Shown: positions 41,468 through 55,871 of the stretch, piece after piece | Layout: each line of letters opens with the position of its first letter | How positions within the stretch are numbered: the stretch's first letter is position 1 | Assembly (NCBI GenBank): GCA_964016885.1 | Contig: OZ024740.1 | Coordinates: 156,550,001 to 156,614,000 of the forward strand | Length of the DNA: 64,000 bases | DNA from: Eledone cirrhosa | Lineage: Eukaryota | Direction: 5' to 3' | Notes under the pieces: generated by a model | What the model was told of the DNA's origin: nothing | Database searches by the model: none | The model's input: only the letters and a program-made list of their open reading frames with translations | Made by a program: the position numbers and the translations under genes

Positions 41468-44400
41468 ACAAATAACGAAACGAAATTAAATTTCGTTTCG
41501 TTTGTAACTCACTTTTGTATGACTGACGCTTAAACAATTAAGTTTAAAAATATGTACATCCACATATGTATACTGAAATACTAGTATGCATATGAATACA
41601 CACACATATACATATGTACATGTACCAAGTCTTTCACTGGTTACTTTACTGTGAGTATCCAGCTATTCTGTATGTAAACACACAGACAAACCGGTTTTTA
41701 GAGTCATACTGGGTTTTGAGGAAACACCTTTCCTCTATTCTCCAGAAAGCCAGACAAGGAATATTGAACTAGTTTCGTTGTTGTTACAACTCATCAGCAA
41801 TATTTACCTATCTACCGGCCTTTCTGGAGAATCGTAAAAGCACATATCGTTATATGCTTTTTCTATGAAAATTAGTAGTGGGCAGACTAATTTGCATAGA
41901 GTGTGAGTACGTACCGGTTCAACGGAGACGATAAAAACAAATAACGAAACGAAATTAAATTTCGTTTCGTTTGTAACTCACTTTTGTATGACTGACGCTT
42001 AAACAATTAAGTTAAAAAAATGTACATCCACATATGTATACTGAATACTAGTATGCATATGAATACACACACGTATACATATGTAGATGTACCAAGTCTT
42101 TCACTGGTTACTTTACTGTGAGTATCCAGCTATTCTGTATGTAAACACACAGACAAACCGGTTTTTAGAGTCATACTGGTTTTAGAGGAAACACCTTTCC
42201 TCTATTCTCCAGAAAGCCAGACAAGGAATATTGAACTAGTTTCGTTGTTGTTACAACTCATCAGCAATATTTACCTATCTACCGGCCTTTCTGGAGAATC
42301 GTAAAAATGTACATGTATTCATATGCATACTAGTATTTCACTATACATATGTGGATGTACATTTTTTTTAACTTAATTGTTTAAGCGTCAGTCATACAAA
42401 AGTGAGTTACAAACGAAACGAAATTTAATTTCGTTTCGTTATTTGTTTTTATCGTCTCCGTTGAACCGGTACGTACTTACACTCTATGCAAATTAGTCTG
42501 CCCACTAATAATTTTCATAGAAAAAGCATATAACGAAATGTGCTTTTACGATTCTCCAGAAAGGCCGGTAGATAGGTAAATATTGCTGATGAGTTGTAAC
42601 AACAACGAAACTAGTTCAATATTCCTTGTCTGGCTTTCTGGAGAATAGAGGAAAGGTGTTTCCTCAAAAACCAGTATGACCCTAAAAACCGGTTTGTCTG
42701 TGTGTTTACATACAGAATAGCTGGATACTCACAGTAAAGTAACCAGTGAAAGACTTGGTACATCTACATATGTATACGTGTGTGTATTCATATGCATACT
42801 AGTATTTCAGTATACATATGTGGATGTACATTTTTTTTAACTTAATTGTTTAAGCGTCAGTCATACAAAAGTGAGTTACAAACGAAACGAAATTTAATTT
42901 CGTTTCGTTATTTGTTTTTATCGTCTCCGTTGAACCGGTACGTACTCACACTCTATGCAAATTAGTCTGCCCACTACTAATTTTCATAGAAAAAGCATAT
43001 AACGATATGTGCTTTTACGATTCTCCAGAAAAGCCGGTAGATAGGTAAATATTGCTGATGAGTTGTAACAACAACGAAACTAGTTCAATATTCCTTGTCT
43101 GGCTTTCTGGAGAATAGAGGAAAGGTGTTTCCTCAAAAACCAGTATGACTCTAAAAACCGGTTTGTCTGTGTGTTTACATACAGAATAGCTGGATACTCA
43201 CAGTAAAGTAACCAGTGAAAGACTTGGTACATCTACATATGTATACGTGTGTGTATTCATATGCATACTAGTATTTCAGTATACATATGTGGATGTACAT
43301 TTTTTTAAACTTAATTGTTTAAGCGTCAGTCATACAAAAGTGAGTTACAAACGAAACGAAATTTAATTTCGTTTCGTTATTTGTTTTTATCGTCTCCGTT
43401 GAACCGGTACGTACTCACACTCTATGCAAATTAGTCTGCCCACTACTAATTTTCATAGAAAAAGCATATAACGATATGTGCTTTTACGATTCTCCAGAAA
43501 GGCCGGTAGATAGGTAAATATTGCTGATGAGTTGTAACAACAACGAAACTAGTTCAATATTCCTTGTCTGGCTTTCTGGAGAATAGAGGAAAGGTGTTTC
43601 CTCAAAAACCAGTATGACTCTAAAAACCGGTTTGTCTGTGGGTTTACATACAGAATAGCTGGATACTCACAGTAAAGTAACCAGTGAAAGACTTGGTACA
43701 TCTACATATGTATACGTGTGTGTATTCATATGCATACTAGTATTTCAGTATACATATGTGGATGTACATTTTTTTAAACTTAATTGTTTAAGCATTCAGT
43801 CATACAAAAGTGAGTTACAAACGAAACGAAATTTAATTTCGTTTCGTTATTTTTTTTTATCGTCTCCGTTAAAACGGTACGTACTCACACTCTATGCAAA
43901 TTAGTCTGCCCACTACTAATTTTCATAGAAAAAGCATATAACGATATGTGCTTTTACGATTCTCCAGAAAGGCCGGTAGATAGGTAAATATTGCTGATGA
44001 GTTGTAACAACAACGAAACTAGTTCAATATTCCTTGTCTGGCTTTCTTGAGAATAGAGGAAAGGTGTTTCCTCAAAAACCAGTATGACTCTAAAAACCGG
44101 TTTGTCTGTGTGTTTACATACAGAATAGCTGCATACTCACAGTAAAATAACCAGTGAAAGACTTGGTACATCTACATATGTATACGTGTGTGTATTCATA
44201 TGCATACTAGTATTTCAGTATACATATGTGGATGTACATTTTTTTTAACTTAATTGTTTAAGCGTCAGTCATAGAAAAGTGAGTTACAAACGAAACGAAA
44301 TTTAATTTCGTTTCGTTATTTGTTTTTATCGTCTCCGTTGAACCGGTACGTACTCACACTCTATGCAAATTAGTCTGCCCACTACTAATTTTCATAGAAA

Positions 44401-45691
44401 AAGCATATAACGATATGTGCTTTTACGATTCTCCAGAAAGGCCGGTAGATAGGTAAATATTGCTGATGAGTTGTAACAACAACGAAACTAGTTCAATATT
44501 CCTTGTCTGGCTTTCTTGAGAATAGAGGAAAGGTGTTTCCTCAAAAACCAGTATGACTCTAAAAACCGGTTTGTCTGTGTGTTTACATACAGAATAGCTG
44601 GATACTCACAGTAAAGTAACCAGTGAAAGACTTGGTACATCTACATATGTATACGTGTGTGTATTCATATGCATACTAGTATTTCAGTATACATATGTGG
44701 ATGTACATTTTTTTAAACTTAATTGTTTAAGCGTCAGTCATACAAAAGTGAGTTACAAACGAAACGAAATTTAATTTCGTTTCGTTATTTGTTTTTATCG
44801 TCTCCGTTGAACCGGTACGTACTCACACTCTATGCAAATTAGTCTGCCCACTACTAATTTTCATAGAAAAAGCATATAACGATATGTGCTTTTACGATTC
44901 TCCAGAAAGGCCGGTAGATAGGTAAATATTGCTGATGAGTTGTAACAACAACGAAACTAGTTCAATATTCCTTGTCTGGCTTTCTTGAGAATAGAGGAAA
45001 GGTGTTTCCTCAAAAACCAGTATGACTCTAAAAACCGGTTTGTCTGTGTGTTTACATACAGAATAGCTGGATACTCACAGTAAAGTAACCAGTGAAAGAC
45101 TTGGTACATCTACATATGTATACGTGTGTGTATTCATATGCATACTAGTATTTCAGTATACATATGTGGATGTACATTTTTTTAAACTTAATTGTTTAAG
45201 CGTCAGTCATACAAAAGTGAGTTACAAACGAAACGAAATTTAATTTCGTTTCGTTATTTGTTTTTATCGTCTCCGTTGAACCGGTACGTACTCACACTCT
45301 ATGCAAATTAGTCTGCCCACTACTAATTTTCATAGAAAAAGCATATAACGATATGTGCTTTTACGATTCTCCAGAAAGGCCGGTAGATAGGTAAATATTG
45401 CTGATGAGTTGTAACAACAACGAAACTAGTTCAATATTCCTTGTCTGGCTTTCTGGAGAATAGAGGAAAGGTGTTTCCTCAAAAACCAGTATGACTCTAA
45501 AAACCGGTTTGTCTGTGCGTTTACATACAGAATAGCTGGATACTCACAGTAAAGTAACCAGTGAAAGACTTGGTACATCTACATATGTATACGTGTGTGT
45601 ATTCATATGCATACTAGTATTTCAGTATACATATGTGGATGTACATTTTTTTAAAAACTTTTTCTTAACTTTTTTTTTTTTTAACTTAATT

Positions 45692-45695
<4 letters not shown>
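41464..45695 (+). repeat. Tandem array of a 469-bp non-coding unit with one hammerhead per unit (retrozyme-like); about 1.8 units inverted (41464-42305) followed by about 7.2 direct units
   Basis: CTGATGA at 42586, 43055, 43524, 43994, 44463, 44932 and 45401 (+), and at 41791-41797 and 42258-42264 (-); (TA)n on both sides. Confidence 0.92.
42552..42645 (+). ncRNA. Representative hammerhead ribozyme of the array, predicted cleavage after 42616
   Basis: aatattg-CTGATGA-gttg-taacaa-caac-GAAAC-ta-GTT-caatatt; stem I extends to ttctccagaaag/ctttctggagaa. Confidence 0.88.
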
Positions 45696-45779
<84 letters not shown>

Positions 45780-45787
45780 ATGTGTGT

Positions 45788-45861
<74 letters not shown>

Positions 45862-46272
45862 ATATTTATTTGGTGGTATGTATGTTTGTGGATGTGTGCG
45901 TGCGTGTGTGTCTTTGATTGCACACATATCATCTCCCAGTGTTCTCGCAGAAATCTCTAATATAAGCAATATAAATACTCCCAGTTTATCAACTAAAACC
46001 GTGGTTATTCTTATCGTATTATTATTTTAACTTACATACTCCATCTTGTCGCTTATAAATTGTCTAAACAGTCATTTCATAAAATATTGCTTTTTTGTCT
46101 TATTATATTCTCTCTTTCTTAGCTACAATTGGATATTTTCTGGTGTATTGACTTTCTTATCATTTCTCTCTCACTATAAATTAAATATTTCATAAAACAG
46201 ACATTTTATAATCTATTGTTTTTCCCCCCTCCATTCTCTCTCTCTTTCTCTGTCTCTCTCTCCATCTCTCTG

Positions 46273-46304
<32 letters not shown>

Positions 46305-46811
46305 CCTAGATCTCTCCATCTTTATCACTCTTTCAGGTCATACAATAAGACATTTTATACAATATCGACGTTTCTTATCATATCCTGTCTCAGCATAATT
46401 TAAATAATCATTTGCAAAAGTTATCTTTGCAAACTTAACATCAAACATAAACAATAGCAGTTAAGCCAAACCTCATTATAAAATAAAAATGATCACGATA
46501 TATCTTTAATTCGCTCAATTCAAATTACACCAAACTTAGAAATTCTTTTATCGTGGAATGTATGTTACCTCTCCGTTTTAAATATTCTAAATATAGTCAG
46601 TATAATTATTGTCATCTTTATTTGACTTGAAGCACTTTTGTAATGCATCATAATTTACATTTTTTTAAATCAGATAAACTCCTTCTTTCGACTAATATGC
46701 ACTTCCACTGAAGCAAAACTTTTCTAAAAAAAAAGAGTTTCAATAATATTAGAGTTATGTTCGCTTCTAACAATATATTAAAGCTATTCAAATTATTAAC
46801 GTTTAGTAGTG

Positions 46812-47035
46812 CAGCGGATTTGCAGTATCGGTAGTGCATCGGACAACAGGCATTGCAGTATATAGTTACGGATCTTTACGTTCTGAGTTCGTATCCCGCG
46901 GAAGTTGCTTTTTTTTTTTTTTTTGCCTTTCTTTCTTGCAGGATCGATAAAATAAAGTACCAGTAACGCAGTGGGGTAGATTTACTGGACTTTTTCCTTT
47001 CTCAAAATTGCTGGCCTTGTGCCTAAATCAAAAAC
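46812..47035 (+). mobile_element. tRNA-derived SINE
   Basis: A/B boxes and core. Confidence 0.8.
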
Positions 47036-47271
47036 CCTTATAAAATTTCCGTGAATTTAAAGTTCTAAGATCTTTTCTTTTAAACATTAACATATTTTTT
47101 TTACATAGTATCTTTAAAAAGAATATATTTGAGTATATCTTTTATTCTATCCACACATTTATTTGTTTCTTCTATAACTTAAGAATTCTTGTTTTCTGTT
47201 CTCATGATATGAAACGAAAGATATCTTTCGTAAGAAATTTAGGTTTTAATTAAAATTTTAAAAAGTACACG

Positions 47272-47388
<117 letters not shown>

Positions 47389-48311
47389 TTTATTTCTACA
47401 CTAAGTTTTGAAATCATTAAGAAGTTGTTTATTTACGTATAATTCTATTTATTTTGATCTTCTAGTGTATCGCTTCTTGTCTTCGAGTTCTTTACTCATT
47501 TATAATAAAACCCAATCATTTATCATAAACTGTGCGTGTGACAGGAATGGCTGTCATCCAATAGTTTTTTTTTTATGCAAGAAATATAAACTAAAACCAG
47601 AATTAACTGACTTGGTTTTTGTGAAATCACAACGTTGGTTTTATATTTACAGCATTTTTATTGTGTTTGATTATTTATTATTTGAATCAGCTTGAAACAA
47701 TAAAAATCGATATTGGACAATTATTGCGTGAAAATGTTTAACATGTAACATGGAAGTTGATGCAATCTTTCAGATGAGTTGTTTGACAGAGACATCGAAT
47801 TATACTTAAAAACAGCTACTTCTGTTCCGTCTAACCAATTACTTTCGTAACTCTATGTTCGAAATAATGCGTAAGCCTACAGAGCAATCACTAGATCATA
47901 TTTTTATTTACTCGGATGTACACACTATGTTTTCTGTCCCTGTTCTTCACATTTAAACTGTTAATTCTTCATATGTTTGTTATTGTCATGTTCGTGATCA
48001 GGTCCTTGTCTACAGATAATTCCAATAGTGATTTTGCATATGAAAATTGATTCAAGTTTATATTTAAGAGAGAAAATAGACTGTCAGGTGTTCAGGTTAT
48101 TCTCAACAATTCATATAATTCGAATCTGTATATTAAATTGAGATGGCGATATATTGTTCTATTTTAATCAACGAAAAACGGTCGATTTGGTAGCAGAGTT
48201 GTTAGGAAGTCGGATAGAATGCGTTGCGGCACTTGTTCCGTCTCTGCGCTCTGCATTCATATCCCTCCAAGATATATTTTGCATTTCATCGCTTCGGCAT
48301 CACCCTACTGC

Positions 48312-49100
48312 TGATGCAAAAATTAGGAGGTATGAACAATGGATCACACAGTATAAACAGAATGTACCTTTCCAACAAAATCAGAAGAGATTCTATCAGG
48401 ATATGAATGATGATGTAATCCCTGATGCAGATGAAAGTAAGAAGGTTTGGAGTGATAACTGGAGTGTAGGAAAAGAGCACAATAGATGTGTGGAGTGGCT
48501 GACTGACATAAAAAAATAACATTGGAGATAATTAACAGGGAGAATTAAAGATAACTGATATGGCAAATATCCAGTGTAGAAATATACCAAATTGGAAATC
48601 TCCCGGCAGAGATGGTGGGCAAGGGTTCTTGTTGAAAAAACTGAGAGCCCTTCATGGGAGAATTGCTGAGCAACTGAATAAGATCTTGACTGGAGTAGAG
48701 ATGTTCTCAGAATGGCTAAAAATTCAGTGAATGATGTTGAGTTTGAAGAACCCCAGCAAAGGAAATGCAGTTGAAAACTTTAGACCTATCTCTTGCCTTC
48801 CTCTTATGTGGAAGCTTATGATAGGTGTCATTGCTGAGCAATATATGAATACCTGGAGGAGACACTACCTGAAGAGCAGAAGGGTGATTGATGGGGCGAT
48901 ACTTAAAGATTGGGTGATTGGTAAGGCGATACTTAAAGATTCTAAATGGAGACACACAAACCTTGCCATAGCCTGGGTCAATTACATCAAGGCTTATGAC
49001 ATACTGCCACATAGTTGGATAGTAGAATGTTTGGAAATGTTTGGTATTGCAAAAGATTAGACAGTAACTGGTGAGCAAAAGAGTATGAACGGAGACTGAA
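48312..49100 (+). mobile_element. R4/Dong-type LINE RT fragment, degraded
   Basis: [56 protein letters not shown]. Confidence 0.8.
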
Positions 49101-49214
49101 ATTGGTGTAAATGACAAAGTTAAATGGTCGGAATAACATACATGAGCTATTACAGCTCTAAGGTAAAGCGCTGGTGTGATAGAGTGGAGATGTGATAAAC
49201 GTAAGGAGCTTCAT

Positions 49215-49425
49215 AGAAAGACCAGCAGAGGCCCTTTCGTGGTCTACAAATCAAAAATATACCTCTTGGCATTACTCCCACGATTTCTCGAAATCCTGCC
49301 GTAGTGTGAATATTTGGTCGGCAGTGTTGTTATCTTCGACTCGGCAATTTCCTTGCATCTCTTTGCTAGACACTTTATCGGGGAGGCTTAATAAGGAGAT
49401 TCCTCTGTAATTAGAACAAAAACTT
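49215..49425 (-). mobile_element. RTE-type RT fragment
   Basis: Manual translation NYRGISLLSLPDKV...TAADQIFTLRQDFEKSWE...FVD. Confidence 0.7.
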
Positions 49426-49547
49426 TATGCTACATTAACAGTGACCCTAACATACTCATGTGACATTAGAACATATACACCCACTCACCAACACAACGTC
49501 CGCTTATAACAAATCATAACATTTTTATATTTCTTCTCCAACCATAT

Positions 49548-49735
49548 AATTGTTTCTACTTTTGGCACAAGGCCATAAATTACCCAGTGCATTACTGGTA
49601 CTTTATTTTATCGACCCCGTAAGGATGAAAGGTAAAGTTAACCTCGGCGGGATTTGAACTCAGATCATAAAGGGAGGTAACTCTATGCTACAAAGCATGG
49701 TGTCCGACCCTCTACCAATACTGCAAATCCACCCA
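49548..49735 (-). mobile_element. tRNA-derived SINE
   Basis: Same family as 40197; another close copy at 50610-50798. Confidence 0.85.
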
Positions 49736-50005
49736 ACCATATAATAACGCCCAATAACATTTAAATTTAAGGTATTACAAGAGTTTCCTCCCTTTATCTC
49801 GTCCCATGGGATCTCATCCGGCAATCTCCTTTGGGCATTTAGTTTCTCATGCCCGAAGACAGGCATGTATTACAGTTTGCAATTGTATGTTGTGCCTAGT
49901 CTTGGAACATAAGGTAGCGTTATAATGTTTCGAGTATATGATTCATATTAAATTAGCTCTTTTTTTATATATTGAGCGCCTTTTTCTATCCTGTAAGAAT
50001 CACGT

Positions 50006-50038
<33 letters not shown>

Positions 50039-50165
50039 CAAACACACACACACTTTCTCTAGCACAGACACGCACTCACACACACATATATACATACATA
50101 CATACATACGTACATACATACGTACATACATACATGCAACAATTTACATACATACATTATTAGTA

Positions 50166-50517
50166 CAGTGATACCTCGCAGTACGAATTTAATTCGTTCC
50201 ATGATCGAGCTCGTTTTACGATTTACTCGTTTTACAAATCAATTTTTCCCATTGAAATTAATTAAAATATAAATAACCCGCTTCAGCCCCCAACCCACAA
50301 AAAATCATTCTTTATGGGTTTTAAAACAGAAACTGTGCAGTTACAAGGAAAATTATAATTATAAAACATAATGAAAGAGAATGTAAAAGAAATATGTAAA
50401 CTGGTTTTATTAATTGCATGAAAATCGCTGGTCCTACAAGACAACATTTCGCACGAGCCGAGGCTCGTGCTGCAAATTACTCCTACAATGGGGCACTCGT
50501 ATTGCGAGGTTCTACTG
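50166..50517. mobile_element. pogo/Tigger-like MITE
   Basis: TA-cagtgatacctcgcagtacga ... tcgtattgcgaggttctactg-TA. Confidence 0.8.
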
Positions 50518-50609
50518 TAAATATAATCCTAAATATAGACACTAGTGAAATTGTATGACAGCAGAGAAGACAAATGCGCTAGGGCTATTTTGATAAGAAT
50601 TTGTTTAAT

Positions 50610-50798
50610 AATCGTTTCTACTTTTTGGCACAAAGCCAGCAATTATCCCAGTGTATTACTGGTACTTTATTCTATCGACCCCGTAAGGATGAAAGGCAAA
50701 GTTAACCTCGGCGGGATTTGAACTCAGTTCGTAAAGGGACGTAACTGTGCTACAAAGCATGGCGTCCGACCCTCTACCGATACTGCGAATCCACCGCC
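50610..50798 (-). mobile_element. tRNA-derived SINE
   Basis: A/B boxes and core. Confidence 0.85.
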
Positions 50799-51151
50799 CT
50801 ATAGAATTTGTTTACTAATGATACGAAATGTATTTTGTTTTGCTCAGCGAATCTACTAATTCAAAAGTAAATATTGTGGGTAATTTAAACATGATTTATT
50901 ATTTTGTCAGAAATGTAAGGGGATGTAATTATAAGCTAGTGGCACGCATGTTTTTTAATAATGATATTAACTTTTGTTTAGATACAAAACCAATATTCCC
51001 GTAGTTAATTGAATTGACCTCAATTATATTAACATCTGCCTATTTTATCGACTGCAAAGGGATAAAATGATGCATCAGGCTTTCTGGATTGATTCTATAT
51101 GAACAGAGCTTTGAGGGAAACATTACATATTGTAATGCATTGAGTATGATG

Positions 51152-51187
<36 letters not shown>

Positions 51188-52414
51188 GCATAACTCCTTC
51201 TGGAGTCGTAGAGGCACCATCATACGGCATGTCTAGGGCACCTTTTTAAAACCTGGCGGAGCCCAACCCTCTCCAGGTTTGAACACAACCAATTGTTCTA
51301 TAGAGGAAGAACCTACCCCAGTACTGGACTGGTACTTTTTTAACCGACCTCGAAAGGATGAAAATTGACCACGACGGGATTTGATGCTCCACCATTTCCA
51401 TTAACTCATAAGTTACAAAACTAAGGGGCACCGTGTACTGATGGTCATCCCTGATATACGCTTTAATTCCATCTAAATTGACCACAGTTCCATCAAGACC
51501 AGATCAACATTCAAAAGTCAGCGAGTGTCTTGAATTAATGTCTCAATAACGACACATGTTTGTATCGTCGAGTAAATCTTCCAATCACTGGATCAATCCT
51601 GTTGATTAAAATCATTTCCTGTGTTTCGCAGAGTTACTTGGAATTGTTACTGTGCAATTGAACCAAGTCTTGACCAAAACCGCCTGAAATGTTCGAATAG
51701 ACAGGATATTTAATATCGGCGATTTTTTTCTTAAACAGCCAATCAGTCCTTCCAATACCTCGGATAATTATCAGCCTTTCACACAATTTCCTTCTGATGA
51801 GTGTCATGTCAAACTGCCAATGCTGGCTTTTAAAGTTCAAGGTCTTCAGTACATTCCTTTTCTCAGACAGTTTGATAGCAATACTTAAAAACTGTACGCA
51901 CAGATTTGATATACGATGCTATACAGACGTATATTTCTATCCATCAAAAGCAGTATCGTGGCTTTGAAGTCCTATCACACATATTGTTTCTCGAGTTGGT
52001 GTGATGTTGTCCTTTATATAGCTGCCGTATATAAAGAGATTTCTTTTGTGGTTGATGAAAGTAGATTTGTCACCGATGTCACTACCGTTTCTGATATGGT
52101 TGTTGTTGAATTCATTTTCGCCACATGTCTTACAGTAAAATTAACATTTCTATTCTTAGTGTTCTCATTGTTCTTGTAAATGTTGCTGACAATGTTAAAT
52201 GAGAACTATTACTGATATAATATAACTGTTCCTCAGAAGGATCTAAGTTTTAACCTTTGAGGGTTTTGAAATCAAAACCTAAAGAAGCGTCACAAAATCT
52301 CACTAGAAAATTTATTTGATGCTCTGCTGATTCTGTCAATCCATCATTCTCTCCTTAATAACAAAAAACGCACAAAACAAAAGAAAACAAACAACATCAA
52401 CAATAATAACGATA

Positions 52415-52980
52415 ATTGTTTCTAGATTTGGCATAAGGCCAGCAAGGTTGAAAGGCAAAGCTAACCTCGGCGGGAATTGAACTCGGAACGCAAAGGGCCG
52501 TAACTCTATGTTGTCCGAGCTCTACCGATACTGCCAATCCACCGCAATAGTTTCTAATATAGGCACAAGATCAGAAATTTTGTGTATAATGGTTTCTGAT
52601 TTAGGCACAAGGGCACAAGGGCAACACATTTTGGGAAAGGGGAAAATCGATTAAATCGATTCCAGTACGTTACTTATACTTTATTTTATCGACCGTAAGG
52701 AGGAAAAACAAAGCTAACCTCTGCGGTATTTGAATTCAGAACGTAAAGGGCCGTACCTATATGCGACAAAGCATGTTGTCCGACACTCTACCGATACTAC
52801 CAATCCCTAATAATGGTTTCTGATTTAGGCACAAGCCAATAATTTGTTGGGAGGGAAAAGTGGACGATTAAATCCAACTCAGTGCATTACTGGTACTTTA
52901 TGTAATCAACCCTGTAAGGAGGAAAGGCAAAGCTAACCTCGACGGCATTTGAACTCAGAACGTGAAAGGCTGGAATAAAT
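52415..52980 (-). mobile_element. Cluster of 3-4 head-to-tail SINE copies or fragments
   Basis: Repeated gtttctgatttaggcacaagg ... gaactcagaacg units. Confidence 0.8.
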
Positions 52981-53726
52981 AATCTCCCAGTATAATAATA
53001 TGAATAATAGCCTATTAAAGACAATAACTACTGCTGAATATTTAGAAGCATCTTTTGTTTCACACGGGATTTCACATGAACCCAGTTAGGTCCATCTGGG
53101 TGTAGTTCATCTTTCCTATATTCAAAACGAATAATTGAATGTCAAACATTCCTGTCACGCGCACTGTTTATGATAAACGATTGAAGTTTATGATAAATGA
53201 GGGAAAAGCCTTCATAGCAAGAACACTTTATACTACATTGTCAGAATACCGTTCACCATAGATAGTAGCATGTTAAGGTCTTCGTAATTAATTTAATTAT
53301 TTAGAAAGATCATCATGAAATTTAGGATAGAAGTAATCTAATTTATATTTATGCTCAAATGCATTCATATAAACACATTATTTTAACAATGATAGCAATT
53401 TCATACTTTCGTACACTGAGACACGAACATAGATTTGTGGAAAGGGATTTGTATTGTCGATACGAACTAAACACTGTATTGAGAAACTTGAAATTTATTA
53501 CACATAATATATTGGTTACGATGACTAGACCATGTTAAACACATGGAAGACAATGGGATACCAAAAGAGCTGATATTTCGGTGATATTTCTCAAGGCGGA
53601 CAAAGAATAGGAAGAACCAAGCCACGCTTCAAAGTCATTCTCTCGTGTCTCCTGATCATGTGCCATATTGAAAACAAAAACAAGAAGTGAGAAAATATTG
53701 TTAATGAAAGAACAACTTCGAAGATA

Positions 53727-53888
53727 GAGTTATCCTTATTATGAAGCAGGAGCTATCCTTATATGGAGCTAGAGCTATCCTAATTATGGAGCAGGAGTTA
53801 TCCTTATTATGGTGCAGGAGTTATCCTTATTATGGAACAGGAGTTATCCTTATTATGGAGCAGGAGTTATCCTTATTATGGAGCAGGA
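53727..53888. repeat. Minisatellite, about 23-bp unit (gagttatccttattatggagcag), 7 copies
   Basis: Seen directly. Confidence 0.9.
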
Positions 53889-54443
53889 AACATACAAATC
53901 TCCAGTTGAAACTTCAAAGAAGAAAGGAGAAATATATCCGAATCGGAAGCATCTCAAAGATGTGTAGTTTTTTATGGAAGAGTTTTTAGTACAACCCGGG
54001 AAAGGATCATCCATCTACATAGCTGCTGTACGATCTAAAATTACAGCTCGGACCGTATATATAAGACGACAATTGGTATAATATATTCTGATATATACAC
54101 AAACTCATATATTTAATTTAAATTATGCAGAGTTTGTTTAAGTTTCACATTGAGCATTTATTTATTGTTATTTGTGTATCTAGTTTATTGTATTTTATCG
54201 TCTAGATTTGAAAAGTATATTTTAAATCTATAGGCTTAATAGAGTTGTGTGCTTTGTATTAAAAAATATTATGAAGTTAATATAAGAAGCCTCTGAAATT
54301 CTAAAAAGAATCACTATAACTCGATACGATACATTTCAAGACTTATTCCGAGGTGTAAGCAATATTCACCCCCTCCCACACCCACACATACGTGCGGTTG
54401 TATGTATGTATGTATGTATATATACATATATATATATATATAC

Positions 54444-54512
<69 letters not shown>

Positions 54513-54515
<3 letters not shown>

Positions 54516-54704
54516 CGAAGGAAATGTGGTAAGGAAACAGGTGGACTATAACGCACCAAAGTACTCAATACTTAGGGTAATAGAGTGGGTAATAGGAACG
54601 AGTAGAACCCCGACGGCTGAGCTCAACCCGTTTCGACGGCTAATTCTAGTCCAGAATTAGCCGTCGAAACGGCTTGAGCTCAGCCGTCAGGGTCCTACTC
54701 GTTC

Positions 54705-54708
<4 letters not shown>
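54513..54708 (-). mobile_element. Short PLE-type tail with fold-back; same family at 32150-32315 and 56279-56421; keeps only the 3' half of a hammerhead
   Basis: GAAAC-ggc..gcc-GTC stem III; three homologous copies, all next to (TA)n. Confidence 0.6.
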
Positions 54709-54734
<26 letters not shown>

Positions 54735-54736
<2 letters not shown>

Positions 54737-55871
54737 TAATAAAAACAATGAATAAAAACAAAGAACAAGTTGCTTATATTAAAAAATTCATCGTTTTACG
54801 ATCGTTTCTAGGATATATATGTGTGTTGGTATGTATATCATATAGATCTATGTAAAAATATTACAAAATATCAGAGGAAATATACATACCTTCACATATA
54901 TATGTTGTCTTCAGAAATGATGAGATTTGTTTATTGAACAAAAACAACAAAGATTTAATATAATAGGTTTGTTTGGGAACAGGTTTTGAATTGACCAATA
55001 GAAAAGTAGTAAGAGGTCAAGTTGATAGAATAGTAGTAGTAGAAATTTAATTTAGAGGAGTGCAGACTTATATTTTGAATTGAAAGAATACTTTGAATGA
55101 AAGAATACTTTGGGGATGAAAAGAGGTCAAGTCGGTGAAAGGTACATGAAAATTTGATGTTATTAAAGAATAATGTTAAAAACGAAGGAAAGTAAAATTT
55201 TAGGGTAAGGGTATTAGTGAGAAATACCAATCTTATTTAAACCACAAAGAAATTAAATTAATTGATAGGTATACTTATAGGGATAAATTTATATTAATTC
55301 ATATGGATGTGATAAATAAGAATTAGATGTTATTAGAGAATGTTGTTAAAAATGAAGGAAAATAAAATTTTGGGATAAGGGTCGTAGTGAGAAATACCAA
55401 TCTTATATAAACTACAAGGAATCTAGATTCATAACAGGAAATTAAATTAATTTATATGTATACTTTTAGGCATTAATTTTAGGAAAAGAGAGCTGTAAGA
55501 GGGAAATAAAATTATTAAGTTCTCTGTAGTAAAGTGGTAATTATAGGTTAACTAAATTAAAAAAACAAATTATAATAATATATAAAGTGTAAGTGTAAGG
55601 TGTATATTAATTAGGTTTATAATATTTGAAGGTTCTTCTAATTCTATGATTGCAAGATATAATTAATTATTGTCGCTTATTTAATAGGATATCCTTAGAT
55701 TTCATTATTTCAAAAAGTTCCTGGGAACATAATCTACACTCATATCTGTTATTTTGATAAGGGGTGGCCCTTTTGAGCACACTCCAGGTCAGGTTGTAAT
55801 CGATATTCTTTTTTCTATAATTATTAATTGTTTAAGCCAAGGATGTTGTATTAGCTAATGCAGCATTTTTA

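Noticed and set aside
41464-45695. CRISPR-like array
   Set aside because: Whole 469-bp units repeat with no unique spacers; no cas genes; eukaryotic context
51400-52150. Possible PHD-type LINE ORF1 remnant on the minus strand (FYCKTC, LIIIRGI)
   Set aside because: Too degraded to support a call
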